DNA of 62,769 nucleotides from Octopus bimaculoides. Lineage: Eukaryota. The notes under the pieces are model-generated. The model did not search any database and was not told where the DNA came from. It saw only the letters and a list, made by a program, of their open reading frames with translations. The first letter of the stretch is position 1. Each line of letters opens with the position of its first letter. Positions 23,891 to 36,390 of the stretch are shown in pieces. Location of the stretch: NCBI RefSeq assembly GCF_001194135.2, contig NC_068998.1:13801209-13863977 (forward strand). The letters are read 5' to 3'. The position numbers and the translations under genes were made by a program.

Positions 23891-24244
23891 TTCAAATGTA
23901 ACTAGAAGCGACTTTTCTCACCTACAACTAAATGATTCCGATAATAGAATTGCTTCAAATTTTGGTATGAGATCAGCAGTTTTCAGGGGAAGGAGTAAGT
24001 CGATTACATCAACTCTAGCACTTGACTGGTGTTTATTTAATCGACCCGAAAGGATAAAATAAATAGTCGACGGCAGGATTTGAACTCAGAACGCAAAGAA
24101 TCAAAAGAGACGCCACAAAGCATTTTGTCCGACACGCAACCGAGTCTGCCAGCTCGCCGCCCTTTTATTAAAGAAATTAAATTTCGACTTCCAGAAATAT
24201 AAAAAAAAAAGGCTTTGCCATCTCTTATCGAGTTAGTGTGTGTG

Positions 24245-24625
24245 TGTTGGCACTCCGTCGCTTACGACGTCGAGGGTTCCAGTTGATCCGATCAACGGAA
24301 CAGCCTGCTCGTGAAATTAACGTGCAAGTGGCTGAGTACTCCACAGACACGTGTACCCTTAACGTAGTTCTCGGGGATATTCAGCGTGACACAGTGTGAC
24401 AAGGCTGACCCTTTGAATTACAGGCACAACAGAAACAGGAAGTAAGAGTGAGAGAAAGTTGTGGTGGAAGAGTACAGCAGGGTTGGCCACCATCCTCTGC
24501 CGGAGCCTCGTGGAGCTTTAGGTGTTTTCGCTCAATAAACACTCACAACGCCTGGTCTGGGAATCGAAACTGCGATCCTACGACCGCAAGTCCGCTGCCC
24601 TAACCACTGGGCCATTGCGCTTCCA
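24245..24625 (-). mobile_element. SINE family B, full length
   Basis: tRNA-like head through to the GACGGAGTGCCAACA tail. Near-identical to 48959-49340. Confidence 0.92.
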
Positions 24626-25229
24626 CTCTAGTTAGTATTAATAGAGAGTTTGTTTAAGAAGTGAATGCTATAAAATATTTTTGGTCATTAAAAGAAAGAC
24701 TTGATCCTAAATACAGTAGCAGAGATAAAGTAATTTGGAGTTCGAAAAGGAAACCCAACGTTTATTGAATTAGTTTTTGTAATGTTGATTCACTGACTGA
24801 CTCAGTTTCTTTTGCGATTTTAAAATCTGTCCTAAGAAATAATAAAATCAGAAACACTTTGTTGCAAGTATTTGGTTTAACTCCCTCAAATCTTTCACAT
24901 TAAGCGTTTTCCTGCAGACATTGATCTACATAGCTTACGATAGAATAACGTTCCTCTTTCTTTTTGATTTCGTAGTCCACTGAAGATCAAATAAAAATAT
25001 ATTATTGGTGTATTTCTCAAGGAAACTTTTAAAAATTATTTTCATGTATAAACTATAAACTATCGTTTCCTTGTTTTATTAATTATAATTGTGTGTTATA
25101 AAATTATGAAGAGCATGTTTTTCAGTCATTATTGTGGATTTTCTAAAGTCCCAAAACACAACTAGATACGCAGTGCACCGTTCGGGAGACATTGGTTTAG
25201 ACACGATCCTATCAATGTCACCAGTTTGA

Positions 25230-25900
25230 GAGGTCCTACAAAATCCATGGTAACTATCTCTTCTTTTTTTTTCCCCCCCAATAAAATTGAAATAACCCAT
25301 AACAACGTGCATCGAGTCGTAACATGTTGCCTGCAAACTTCACATGCAAATGATGTTGCAATAAAACAAAAATATTACAAATTAAGATTACCTCGACATA
25401 CCAGAAATACTACCTGCTGTCATAACAAACTCAATCCCTTACAGTCCTTTCAACTACATGCACAATAACCCCCCACCAAAACAAATAGAAACACACAGAG
25501 CAACCGCAGTACACAGCTACAAAGCCATTGTAAAATCACTAACCCTCTCACTCAACCAAAACAAAGAAACACGGTCAACCAGAGTAGCAACGGTATCAGT
25601 AGTTTCAATAACACCAAACACTATTCTATGATGCAAGTCTATTCTAATGATAAATACAAAGCGGTGATGGCTTGTGTGAGGCCATTCACACATTTTTGTA
25701 TTGCTGATAGCAACAGCTGGTGCAACTATGCCACGAGACTGATGAAAAGCAGACATCAATTGGATGGCCGTTGACTCTCACGAGAGACTTGTTTTTCATC
25801 CCGTAGGGTGTCCAATAACCACCCTCCTCACCAAGCAAGCTTGGTGAGGTCACCGGCTTAGCAGCCCACAACCCGACCATGTGACAGGTTATACAATTGT
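25230..25900 (+). mobile_element. Decayed Penelope-like remnant
   Basis: A KYKAVMACV stretch resembles the PLE IIYKA motif. The 3' hairpin is CTCACCAAGCAAGCTTGGTGAG. Many stops. Confidence 0.35.
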
Positions 25901-26379
25901 TGTTCATTAATCAAGTCCACACTGCCTGTCTCTGCTGTGACCACCACCAGGATCATTTTCAGAGTGGAAGATATAATCGATTATTACAACCCAATACTCC
26001 ATTAATTGTTACTTTATCGAACCTAGAATGATGAAAATCAAAGTCGGCCTCTGCTGAATTTTGGCTCAAAACGTAAAGAAACGTAACGTAAAACACAAAA
26101 CATTTTCGTTGTCTTTTTGTGATTAAAAGAAGAATGGCCGATACCTACCATTTTTTTTTTCTGAAATTAGTAAGAAATAAAATAATCATCCTTACATTTT
26201 ACATATTGCCTGAATTTTTGCCATAGAGGGGTCTCTGCTGAAGTCATTAATAAGCAGGTAGTGATGCTGAATCGGGTGGGCCGGATTAAGTCTGCCAACC
26301 ATTTTCTCCGATGTTCTAGCGATTAGGCTAATCCCTGCAGTGTTGTCTGTAGCTTATCTCTTATCTTTATTCAGACTGC

Positions 26380-26707
26380 GATCAGACAGGGCACCACCTT
26401 GAAGAATTTCAATCGAACGAATCGACCCCTGGTACGTATTCTACCGGTTTCTTTCGTCGACATGCTAAGTTACGGAGACGTAAATAAACAAGCGCCGGTT
26501 GTCAAGCGTTGGTGGGGAACAAACACACACATACACATATATGTGACGGGCTTCTTTCAGATTCCATCTACCAAATCCACTTACAAGGCTTTTGCCGACC
26601 CGAGGCAACAGTAGAAGACACTTACCCAAGGTGCCACGCAGTGGGACTGAACCCGGAGCCATGTGGCTTGGAAGCAAAGTTCTTACCACACAGGCACACC
26701 TGCGCCT
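26380..26707 (-). mobile_element. SINE family A
   Basis: Homologous to 406-776. Confidence 0.85.
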
Positions 26708-26946
26708 AGATTTTTCAAGAACATAACGTTCGACAATTCTGTGTGATTTCCTAGTGATTTCTTAGCAAAGGCACAAAGCTTCAAATCTTTCGAAAAAGCT
26801 TATTCGATTGTGATCAAGTTTCTGTTTCTGACTGGTACTTATTTTATCGACTCCGTGAAAATGAAAAGCAAAGTTGATTTTGATGCGATTTGAACCCCGA
26901 ACATTTTGTATATTATAATATCATTTGCATCCAGGATGCGCAACAG

Positions 26947-27203
26947 CAGTAGTTCTCAACTGGGGTCGATGTGACCCATGGTGATCCATACAAGATTTTG
27001 TTAAAATTTATGTACAATAGAATTATTTATACTTCTACAATACTCAAAATATTTTAGCAATTTTTTTAACACAATTCCTAATAATATTTAACTACAAAAA
27101 TAAAGCAGGGTTTTGTTTATATACATCAAATAGATATGATGGTCCGCCTGAGTAAAATAGGAATCAAAGATGTCCATAGGCAAAAAATGGTTGAGAACCA
27201 CTG
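26947..27203. mobile_element. hAT-type MITE
   Basis: TIRs CAGTAGTTCTCAAC / GTTGAGAACCACTG (Charlie-like). The TSD is not preserved. Confidence 0.7.
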
Positions 27204-27802
27204 CACTAGATTGATACAAACAGACCACAGTGCTTGAATGGCACTTTGTTATCGATCCCAGAAGGAGAAAAACGAAGAGGAATTCGACTGGATTGGAACT
27301 CAGAACTTCATCTGATACTTTAACGACTCTGTCAACGCCCATGCTGCTTGTCAATTTGTAGATGGAGATGTTTCGTTACTAGGAGATTAACAATATTTAG
27401 CATTTAGTGTTGTTTAGTATATATTGCTATGCTGTCAGGTTTTCGTTGCATTTAGAAGACATTATCTTTGCAGCATATGCATTTTTGCCGGGTGCTGTTT
27501 AAGTCTGCATATGACAGCCGCTTCCGATTAGAAGAGGAGAGAGAAAGAACGAGAGAGAGAAAGTTAGAAAATGGCGATATTGATGCAGACGTTTGTATAG
27601 TTAATAATGATAAACACAAAATGATTGATTGAAGAAGAAAATGAAGAAGTGTTTCAAGAAGACAATAGATTTTATCCTTTTGTATTTATCTTTAAGGATG
27701 GTCTGTGTCGAATGGTACGGATACGGACTGTGGTGATAAAGCATGTACCGCAGGTTCCTGTCTTTCAAGAGCTTCGTCCTTTCAAGAAAACCACGCCTAA
27801 TA

Positions 27803-28203
27803 TACTCTTTTACTTGTTTCAGTCTTTTGACTGTGGCCATACTGGAGCACCGCCTTTAGTCGAGCAAATAGACCCCAGGACTTATTCTTTGGAAGCCTAG
27901 TACTTATTCTATCGATCTCCTTGCCGAACCGGTAAGTTACGGGGACATAAACACACCAGCATCGGTTGTCAAGCGATGTTGGGGGGACAAACACACACAT
28001 ACAAACATATACACACACATACATATATATATACATATATACGACGGGCTTCTTTCAGTTTCCGTCTACTAAATCCACTCACAAGGCATTGGTCGGCCCG
28101 AGGCTATAGTAGAAGACACTTGCCCAAGATGCCAGGCAGTGGGACTGAACCCGGGACCATGTGGTTGGTAAGCTAGCTACTTACCACACAGCCACTCCTG
28201 CGC
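27803..28203 (-). mobile_element. SINE family A, full length
   Basis: Near-identical to 54128-54539. Confidence 0.92.
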
Positions 28204-28204
28204 A

Positions 28205-28560
28205 TACATGTATATATTCTGAGGATTTTCAAGTGAATGTGCGTGTGTTCTTCCGCTCTTCATCGTAGGTCGACACTGACTTTCCTTGTTCACTGGCAGG
28301 CACGCATATCAGCTACAGCCACTGCTCTTGACTTTCAGCGGCGATGACATCTTGTCGCAACGGAGAACGTGATGCCTCTCATGTGCACTGTCGTATTCTC
28401 TGTCGTTTCTCCACGCCATTCATCATGCCGCAGGACCTTCTCCTCCAAGGTGTCTGGGTGGGGGGGGAGATGCTAGAGTTCTTCCTATGTATCTTCAGCA
28501 CATCCATGTATCGCAACCTCCGGTCACCACGGCTCCGCCTGTCCTGACGCAATTCAGCAT
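28205..28560 (-). mobile_element. Penelope-like GIY-YIG 3' remnant
   Basis: Minus strand gives RYIGRT... and EYDSA.. (compare YDSAI..H). It shares motifs with 1-31. Confidence 0.5.
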
Positions 28561-28958
28561 AAAAACATGTACACACACACACATATATATGTAAGCATGC
28601 ATGTACATACGTACCTACAAATGTATGTATGTATGTCTCTTTCTCTCTCTTTCTCTCTCTCCCTCTATCTCTCTGTGACTGTCCATGGCTTTGAACAGTC
28701 AAAGCCATGAACAGTCATAGTCGCGCCGACCGAGTGCAGATAATGATAATTTATGTGTCTGAAGGTAGAAGAGGTGAGAATTCTATAACAAAGGTTTAGC
28801 TTCTAGAAATGGTGGCTCCTCAGACTGTACATATAATACTACTTAAGTGAACTTTTACATCATCAAAAGTATCAAATAGTTCAAACAAAATTCAATTCCA
28901 AACGAAGTTTGTTTACACACACACACATTATAATTACATTTATATATTATCTATTATA

Positions 28959-29180
28959 TATGAGATTGTGATGAAAAGTTCGTGGTTTTAAAGGTATCAC
29001 AAAAGGCCTCGTTGGAGGCCCAACCTTCCGAGTTCTTATACAGGACTTAGAAAAAAATGAAAGACCGCTGCGATAAGTGTGTGAATCTGAGAGAGAAATA
29101 TGTTAAATAAAATCACAATTAACTGGTTGTCGTCTACTTCATTTTACCGAAAGCTAGGAACTTTTCAGCACCTCCTCATA
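28959..29180 (+). mobile_element. Mariner-derived MITE
   Basis: TIRs TATGAGATTGTGATGAAAAGTTC / GAACTTTTCAGCACCTCCTCATA in a TA context. It retains the transposase C-terminal DKCVNLR.EYV* remnant. Confidence 0.7.
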
Positions 29181-29929
29181 TATAATATGTTTGTGAGTGT
29201 GTGTATAAATATATGTGCGTGTTTGTGTGTAAAATAATTCGTTTTAACTGTGGAACTCGAAGTAAATAAAGCTATAAATAAAAACATGTAAATATTGGTT
29301 AAAAACCTTTCCAAATAAAAATGTTGAAAACAATTCATCCATCCATCCATACATACATACATACATACATGATGATGGCTGCCCCCTCGTTATACATATA
29401 TACATACATACATGATGGTTGCCCCCTCGTTAAACATACATACATACATACATGATGATGGCTGCCCCCTCGTTATACATACATACATAAGCTTGCCATG
29501 TAAATAAACTTTGTAAACTGCATAATTTTTTTTTTCCTTTTCCTTTTGAATTTCATTTTGTTTGAACTCTTTGTTTCTTCAGAAGATGTTAAAAGTTCAC
29601 ATGGGAAGTATTCAGACTACAATCGTAGCAGACACCATCACTGGAAGCTATAGTTTTCGTTAAGCACTTTTCACCTCTTTCCACCTCGCAAGTTTTTACC
29701 TATTGTTTTTCATTTTATATCAAGAGGTAAACAATCTTAACTATAGAACAAAATCAGTGACATAATCTAGCAGTAACATTATTAAGTCACTACTCAATTG
29801 CTTTGTTGAAGCGTTTGTTGCAGCTTTAACAAATCTTGATACATTGTATTACGTCCATATTTTCATATCAGAGAATAGTTCTAATGGCCCAGTTAATAAA
29901 GTATAGTAGTTGCCCCATTGAGCTATCAT

Positions 29930-30300
29930 CATCATCATCATTTAACGTCCTCTTTCCTTGCTGACATAGGTTCGATGGTTTGACAGGAGCTGGCTTGGCA
30001 GAAGCCTGCACCATACTTCGGTGTCTGTTTTGGCATGGTTTTTTTTTTATGGCTGGGTGCCCTTCCTAACACCAACCACCCTGCAGAGTGAGCTAAGTGC
30101 TTTTTTATGTGGCACCAGCACAGGTGAGGTCAGTTTTGGCATGGTTTTTACGGTTGGATGCCCTTCCAAATTCCAACCACTTTACAGTGTGGAGTGGGTG
30201 CTTTTTAAGTGGCACCTGCACTGGCGAGGTTACCAAGTAACTATGCAAGACAAGGAATCTTTGAGAGGGGAGGAGGAATTGGAGGAGGTGATCTTGTGTC
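29930..30300 (-). mobile_element. RTE LINE 3' end (other copies at about 47020-47172 minus, 50110-50290 minus, 59685-59850 plus)
   Basis: The GGAAGGGCATCCAGC-type RTE 3' UTR motif and an (ATG)n tail. Confidence 0.75.
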
Positions 30301-31192
30301 AGATGATGAAAGGCTAGAGTGTGACATAGAGACAGAAACACATGTCTCGCTGTAGAGGAAGAACATGGTTATCCAGTCAGAGAGAGAAAAGGAGAGGGGG
30401 GGGGAGACAGTTAACAAGAAGGAAGGCAGAGACAGGTGTGCTGCTGTAAGGAGTAACATGGTTACCTAAATGGAAGGAACAGCAAGGGGAGAAAGAGAGA
30501 GAGAATGATGGCAGAAACAGGTGTACTGGCTGCTGTGGAGGTGATAAATGGTTACCCAGAGAGGAGAGAGAGTTAACAAGAAAGAAGACAAGCAGGTGTG
30601 CTGCTGTAAAGGAGTTAGATGGTTACCTAGCCAGAGGTAAGAGTAAGAGAAGGGGGGAGAGATCAGTAATATAGGCAAAGGTATGGCTATTTGGTTGAAA
30701 GGTTCAGTTCGTAATGATAGGCTTCTGAATTTGATTTCCCTGCATTATACCCTGCTGAGCCTTGCAATGATGAATACCTTCAATGCTTTGACATTCAGAT
30801 TATTTCTGGCAAACATACTAATTAATGTTCAATAATCCTTGTTGTCTTTAATGGATCATGCATTATTATCTCATAGCTTTGAGATTTTGAAGATGTGATT
30901 GTATGCTTTTTAGAATGATAGTGTAGGATAGGTTTGATGGGCCAGACCTGGCTAAGTTTGAACATAAAACAGGTAGAATTTGGGGGCTGGATATGGCCGG
31001 ATTAAATGCTAAAGGGTTAAGTGAAATTTGGTAGACAAAAACAGTACAGAAGTCCAAGTGCATATGTGTGTGTGTGTGTGTGTGTGTGTTACTTCCCTTG
31101 AAATTACACAAAACTAAGGTAAGAATGCAGTATTGTATTAATAGATAAATACTCAAACTTAATATGCTCTCCATCCTCTGTGTGTGTGTGTA

Positions 31193-31590
31193 TCTTTTTA
31201 TTCTTTTACTTGTTTCAGTCATTAGATTGCAGCCATGCTGGAGCACTGCCTTAAAGAATTTTTTGTTGAATGAATTAACCCAAGTACTTTTTAAAAGTTT
31301 TTTAAGCCTGGTACTTATTCTATTGGTCTCTTTTGTTGAATTGTTAAATTACAGGGATGTAAACACACCAACACCTGTTGTCAAGTGGTGGTGGGTGACA
31401 CACAAATACAAAGACACTCACACTCACACACACACACACACAATGGTCTTTCTGTTTCTGTCTACCAAATCCACTCAAAGACTTTAGTTGGCCCAAGGAA
31501 GACACTTGCCCATGGTGCCATGCAGTGGGACTGAACCTAGAACCATGTGGTTCAGAAGCAAGCTTCTTACCACACAGCTATTCCTGCACA
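31193..31590 (-). mobile_element. SINE family A, CpG-decayed copy
   Basis: Homologous to 27803-28203, with many CG>TG/CA changes. Confidence 0.85.
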
Positions 31591-32242
31591 TACATACATA
31601 CATACATGCATGCATATTTATAAATTGTCTTTTATCTTTTACTTGTTACAGTTACTGAATTGCAGCCATACTGGGGCACCACATTGAAGGGTTTTGCACC
31701 ACATATCTAGTCCAATTCAGAAGAAAGGCTGTAGGATTTAATAATAATAATTATTCTTATCATTAAAATATTAATAATAATCAATATTAATACTAAATAA
31801 ATATACATGTACATTTTTTAATCATTAAATTTATCGCATAAGTAATGTGAGGGATCTGGCTAAAATTGAAATGAAATGAAATTATATGTGGCCTTGGCAA
31901 CTAGAAACTGAAGGAAATGGGGGAATTCTAGATTCATTGAAGTTAATCACATTTGAATAATAGTAATAATAACTTAGCTGTTGATTCAAAAAGAGTGAGC
32001 GAGTTGTTGATTCATGAAATGCCATCGAAGGAACAGAGCGATATTTGGGAATGTATTCTTAGATGCTGGGGAAAACTGCTAATGAAAATTTTATAATTGA
32101 CCAGCAATCATGGCAAAGTACTTTGCCATCTGTCTTCATAAATTTATTAAACATTTATGTACTTAGAAGTTCTTAATATATGGCTAGGTGTCACTCAGCT
32201 TCCTGTAATCACATATGGCTCATTGACATTTTCAATGCTTAC

Positions 32243-32286
32243 TGCAAGCTTTCTGTAGTTAGCACAAACGTTGCACATACAGATAT
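32243..32286 (-). CDS. Candidate 44-nt exon (D)ICMCNVCANYRKLA
   Basis: Acceptor ttctttttctttaaag| and donor GCA|gtaagc. Phase 1 start, phase 0 end. Phase-compatible with 49388-49472. Confidence 0.4.
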
Positions 32287-32709
32287 CTTTAAAGAAAAAG
32301 AACTATAAACAAAACTACAGACATGAATAAATATTAATACAACCAGGTAAATAAGTTTGTTGATTTTACTTGTTATTGTTCAAATCTGTTTAATCATATA
32401 TTTTAGATTATGTGATGGAGAATAGAATTAATATCACTATCTGGCAAACAACATCAAAAGATTTCACTTTTGGCTAGGGTAAGGTGGAGTCACATTATAG
32501 ATGTTTGTGCAGTTAAATTTTGAAATCAGCATTGGTTCTAAAAATTAGCTAATTTTTAGCTCTATCACCAGAGGCCTGCTATGTAAATTAGCAAACATAA
32601 TCAATTGGCATATTTAACATATTAAAGACTGAAACTATTCAAAATTGGTGGTATGACAAAATACACCCAACTGTGTGAAATGTTTATGTCAACATACACA
32701 AGTGTACAC

Positions 32710-33365
32710 CAGTGCTTCTCAAACTATCTGATGTGGTGTACTGGCAGTTCTTTTTCCCCCTAATGTGCTAGGGACTGGTAATATTTCTTAGTAATATTAA
32801 TTTATACCGGAAATAATATATATAATCAATTGCAGTGTGGAATGTGTTTATAAGCCATTTAAAAACACACAAAAACCATTAGATTCACTTCAACATTTAA
32901 ATTTAATTTGTCAAAATATTTTCGTCGCTTTGAGACCACGACCTGTTCACTGACAAAATTCCATGCTGCACAGAATTTTGTCAGTGAACAGGTTGCGGTC
33001 TCAAAGCAACGAAAATATTTTGACAAATTAAATTTAAATGTTAAAGTGAATCTAACGGTTTTTGTGTGTTTTTAAATGGCTTATAAACACCTCCTATACT
33101 GCAATTGTTTTTTTTTTCAGCACATGATATCAGATCGGGTGACTTGCTATGCAAGTACATCTCTGCAATATATATAATGATTACAATAAAAGTTGACACT
33201 TTTCTTTGTCTTATATTTATTTTGTAAACAAATAATACAATATTATATAAGCATTTTATAAGCATTTTATAATGTTTCTTTCTTTTCTGGAAACTCGCCA
33301 TGTACTGGCAGTTGATGGCTCGTGGATTGGCACTGGTCCACAGATCATTGCTTTGAGCAGCACTG
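32710..33365. mobile_element. hAT-type non-autonomous element containing a nested fold-back
   Basis: TIRs CAGTGCTTCTCAAA / TTTGAGCAGCACTG. The 8-bp TSD-like flanks are GTGTACAC and GTGTACCT. Confidence 0.75.
32844..33090. repeat. Fold-back with 117-bp arms and a 13-nt loop; each arm carries a hammerhead-like motif
   Basis: Arms 32844-32960 and 32974-33090 are reverse complements with few mismatches. CAATTGCAGT and ACTGCAATTG extend the symmetry to 32827-33107. Confidence 0.92.
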
Positions 33366-36297
33366 GTGTACCTAACTTACTTTATAGCAAAAGCGAAAGA
33401 ATATTTTGCATTTATGCCACTACATATAATGTGTTTTGGAGTTACAGTCAAAGTATATCATAGTGTGTTAGTATCCTTTATTTTATTTTTTTTACTTATT
33501 TCAGTCATTGGACAACTGCCAGGCTGGAGCATTCCTTCAGAATTTAGTTAAACAAATAAAACTCAGCATGTTATCTATTCTATCAGTTTCTTTTGCTGAA
33601 CCACCAAGTTACAGCACCATAAACAAACCAGCACTGGTAGTCAAGTGGTGGCAGGAGACAAACAGAAACACAGAACACATACATACATAAACATACACAC
33701 ACATACATACATATGTATGTGGGGGTGAGGAATGGCTTAGCCCCAGTAAACAAACGACACCGTGCGTCAGCTGGTTTATCCAATATTTTTTTCCAATTTT
33801 GGCATAAGGTTTGCAGCTTCTGGGGATCTGACAGAAATGATTTCATTGACACCCAATCCCCACCCCAGTGCTCAGCTTGCACTTATTTTATCGACCTCGA
33901 AAGGATGAAAGGCAAAATTTGACCTTGGTGGCATTTGAATTCAATATGTAAAGAACCGGAAGGAATGAAGAAATGCTGCAAAGAATTTGGACCAGCACAG
34001 AAAGGATTCTGCCAGCTTGTCACTTTTGGTCCATCTAATATTGGAGTCACTTTACAATAGTTAGGATCATGTGACAAAAAAAAAAAAACACCTCACAGAA
34101 TGGGCAAGATTGAATAAAAAAAAATACAACGATTTGGATATTGACACAAAATAATAACCAATAATCAAATACAAAAAAAGCTAAAAAAACAGAAAAGCAA
34201 TAAAAAAAACAACCCAAAACAAAACGTGTCTTAAATATGATTATAGCACAGCATTTTCTGAAAGGAGCAAAAAAAGAGAAAAAGAACAAAACAAAGTAGT
34301 TCTTAAAACTCAAGTGATGATTTGGTTATTAAATAGTGACGTCTTCTAGATTAATTCAGCAAATCAGACAGGCTGTGTCTATGATTGATCACAAAAGGTC
34401 AACACATGTATATGTTATGTTTGCTTGTATAAGTCAGTCAGCTTTTCTTCAGTTTAACAGTGGATTTTTCACTAAGTCAATCTGAACTTTAGCTTAGTTT
34501 AAGTTTTCAACGACACATTTAAAGCTACGTGCTTGCCCTCTCTCACACACTATTTTCTGTAATTTTTTTTTTTTCATTTTTTTTTTTTTTCTTTATTTGT
34601 TTTTATGCAAACAACATTTGTTGTTCGATATGGAACTATTATCCTTTTCTGATTATTTCATTTTTNNNNNNNNNNAAATGGAGATAAGCAGCCATTATCG
34701 ATAACAAAAACAAAACAAAACAAAACAAAAAAACAAACAAACAAACAAAAAACAAAAACAACACCCTTCAAAGAAAAAAAAGAAAACAAACCCTCAGACA
34801 AGACCAGAAAGTATTATAAAGAAACAAAACCAACCAAAATATTTGAAACTGCTGAGATGACCCAGACATCAGTGTGTGTGTGTTTGTGTGTGTGTGTGTA
34901 TGTGTGTGTGTGTGTGTGTGTGCATGCGTATGTGTGTGCGTGTGCCATGATTCAAATGTTTTCTTTAGTGTACTTCTAAGTTCTGAGCAAAAAGTTTCTT
35001 TTGCATTGATTTTGTCTTATTATCCTTTCAAAGTTGTTGTCGTTGTTGCTGACTGATATCGATGTTGTTGATATTGTTGTTGCTGATATCATTGTTGCTT
35101 TGTCTCAAGATAGTCTCAATCAAGCAAATCTATGACCAAAGACATTCCAACCATGACAGCACTTCCAACTGTCTTCTTGCTCTCTCTGAGTGCAAATCCC
35201 ACTGCGGTCAGCTATACTTTCCATTCTTTGAGGGTCGATGGAATAAAGGAACTGTCCATAGCATTGGAATGGCAGAACTGTTATGGCAATTGTTCTAATT
35301 CTTTATGTATGGAGTTCAGATCTCATTCAGGCTGGTTTTGTCTTTCATTCTTTGAGAGTTGATAAAATGAAACACCAATAGATTGAGAAGGAGACTGGCA
35401 GAATTGTTAGCATATGAAATTAAATACTTTATAGGCATTTATTTTAGTTCATTACAATCAAAGTTCAAATTTCAATGAAGTCAGCTTTAATTTTTTGTTC
35501 TTTGAGGGTCAATAAAATAAAATATCATCCCACAGTAGTGGATTATAATAATTATTAGAGTCTAAGCTGAGATGCCTTGAGGTATTTGAATTGATTCTTA
35601 TGCTTTGAGTTCTTGAGTGTTAGACTTAGTCGATCATCTGGGTTAAGCCTTTTGTTACTGTATCTATTTTGAGATGCTCTGTGTTTCTTTCAATCAATTT
35701 TAAATATAACAAAGAATTTAGTAAAATAACTTAGTTATCATTAAGCTAGTGTTAGGAACATAAACTTATGAAAACATTGTACTCAGAGCCAGAGCCGGTT
35801 TCAGCCGGGTTGGTGACAAAAGGGTTAAGTAGATTCATTTGGGCAATTAAGGACAAAAGCAAGGACTATACTCTGAAGTTGGAAGTAATGAGCTGAAAAA
35901 GATCTTATAGCATTGGAAGAAAAAGGCCTTACTTATGTGTTGAGAAAATTTTCCAGATGATTACATTCAAGCACAAATTAATCAACAATAAGAAAGAAAG
36001 AGGATCTTGTTGCCCACACAGGATTAAATACACATTTAATAAATTCAAATAAATAGAATTAAATAGACACTATAGTCAATAAATGTATATTTAGTAAATC
36101 CAAATAAATATAATTAAATAGGCATTTGTGACTAAATCAATATCTAGAACTAATGATTTATAATATTAATTAAATACAGGAAGACACATTGAAACCCTTA
36201 CTATCAATGGATGTATCTAAATAAATAAATTGACAATTATATTAAATAAATGAGGGATAGAGAGCTTGTTATATTCATAAGGAAAAGATACGTACAT

Positions 36298-36328
<31 letters not shown>

Positions 36329-36354
36329 AATATGTGAGTGTGAGAATAGCCTGT

Positions 36355-36390
<36 letters not shown>

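Noticed and set aside
24550-24625. tRNA genes at SINE heads (also 3010-3083, 49265-49340)
   Set aside because: They have A/B boxes but no clean cloverleaf or terminator, and they continue into a shared SINE body.
25739-25745. CTGATGA hammerhead cores here and at 96-102 (minus)
   Set aside because: No stem II/GAAA/stem I can be assembled downstream.
27570-27760. AAAATGGCG start and a possible 57-nt exon on the plus strand
   Set aside because: The spliced readings I tried from this ATG hit stops, and no recognisable product emerged.
30338-30627. CRISPR array
   Set aside because: The context is eukaryotic, the repeats are degenerate and non-palindromic, the spacers are low-complexity and there are no cas genes.
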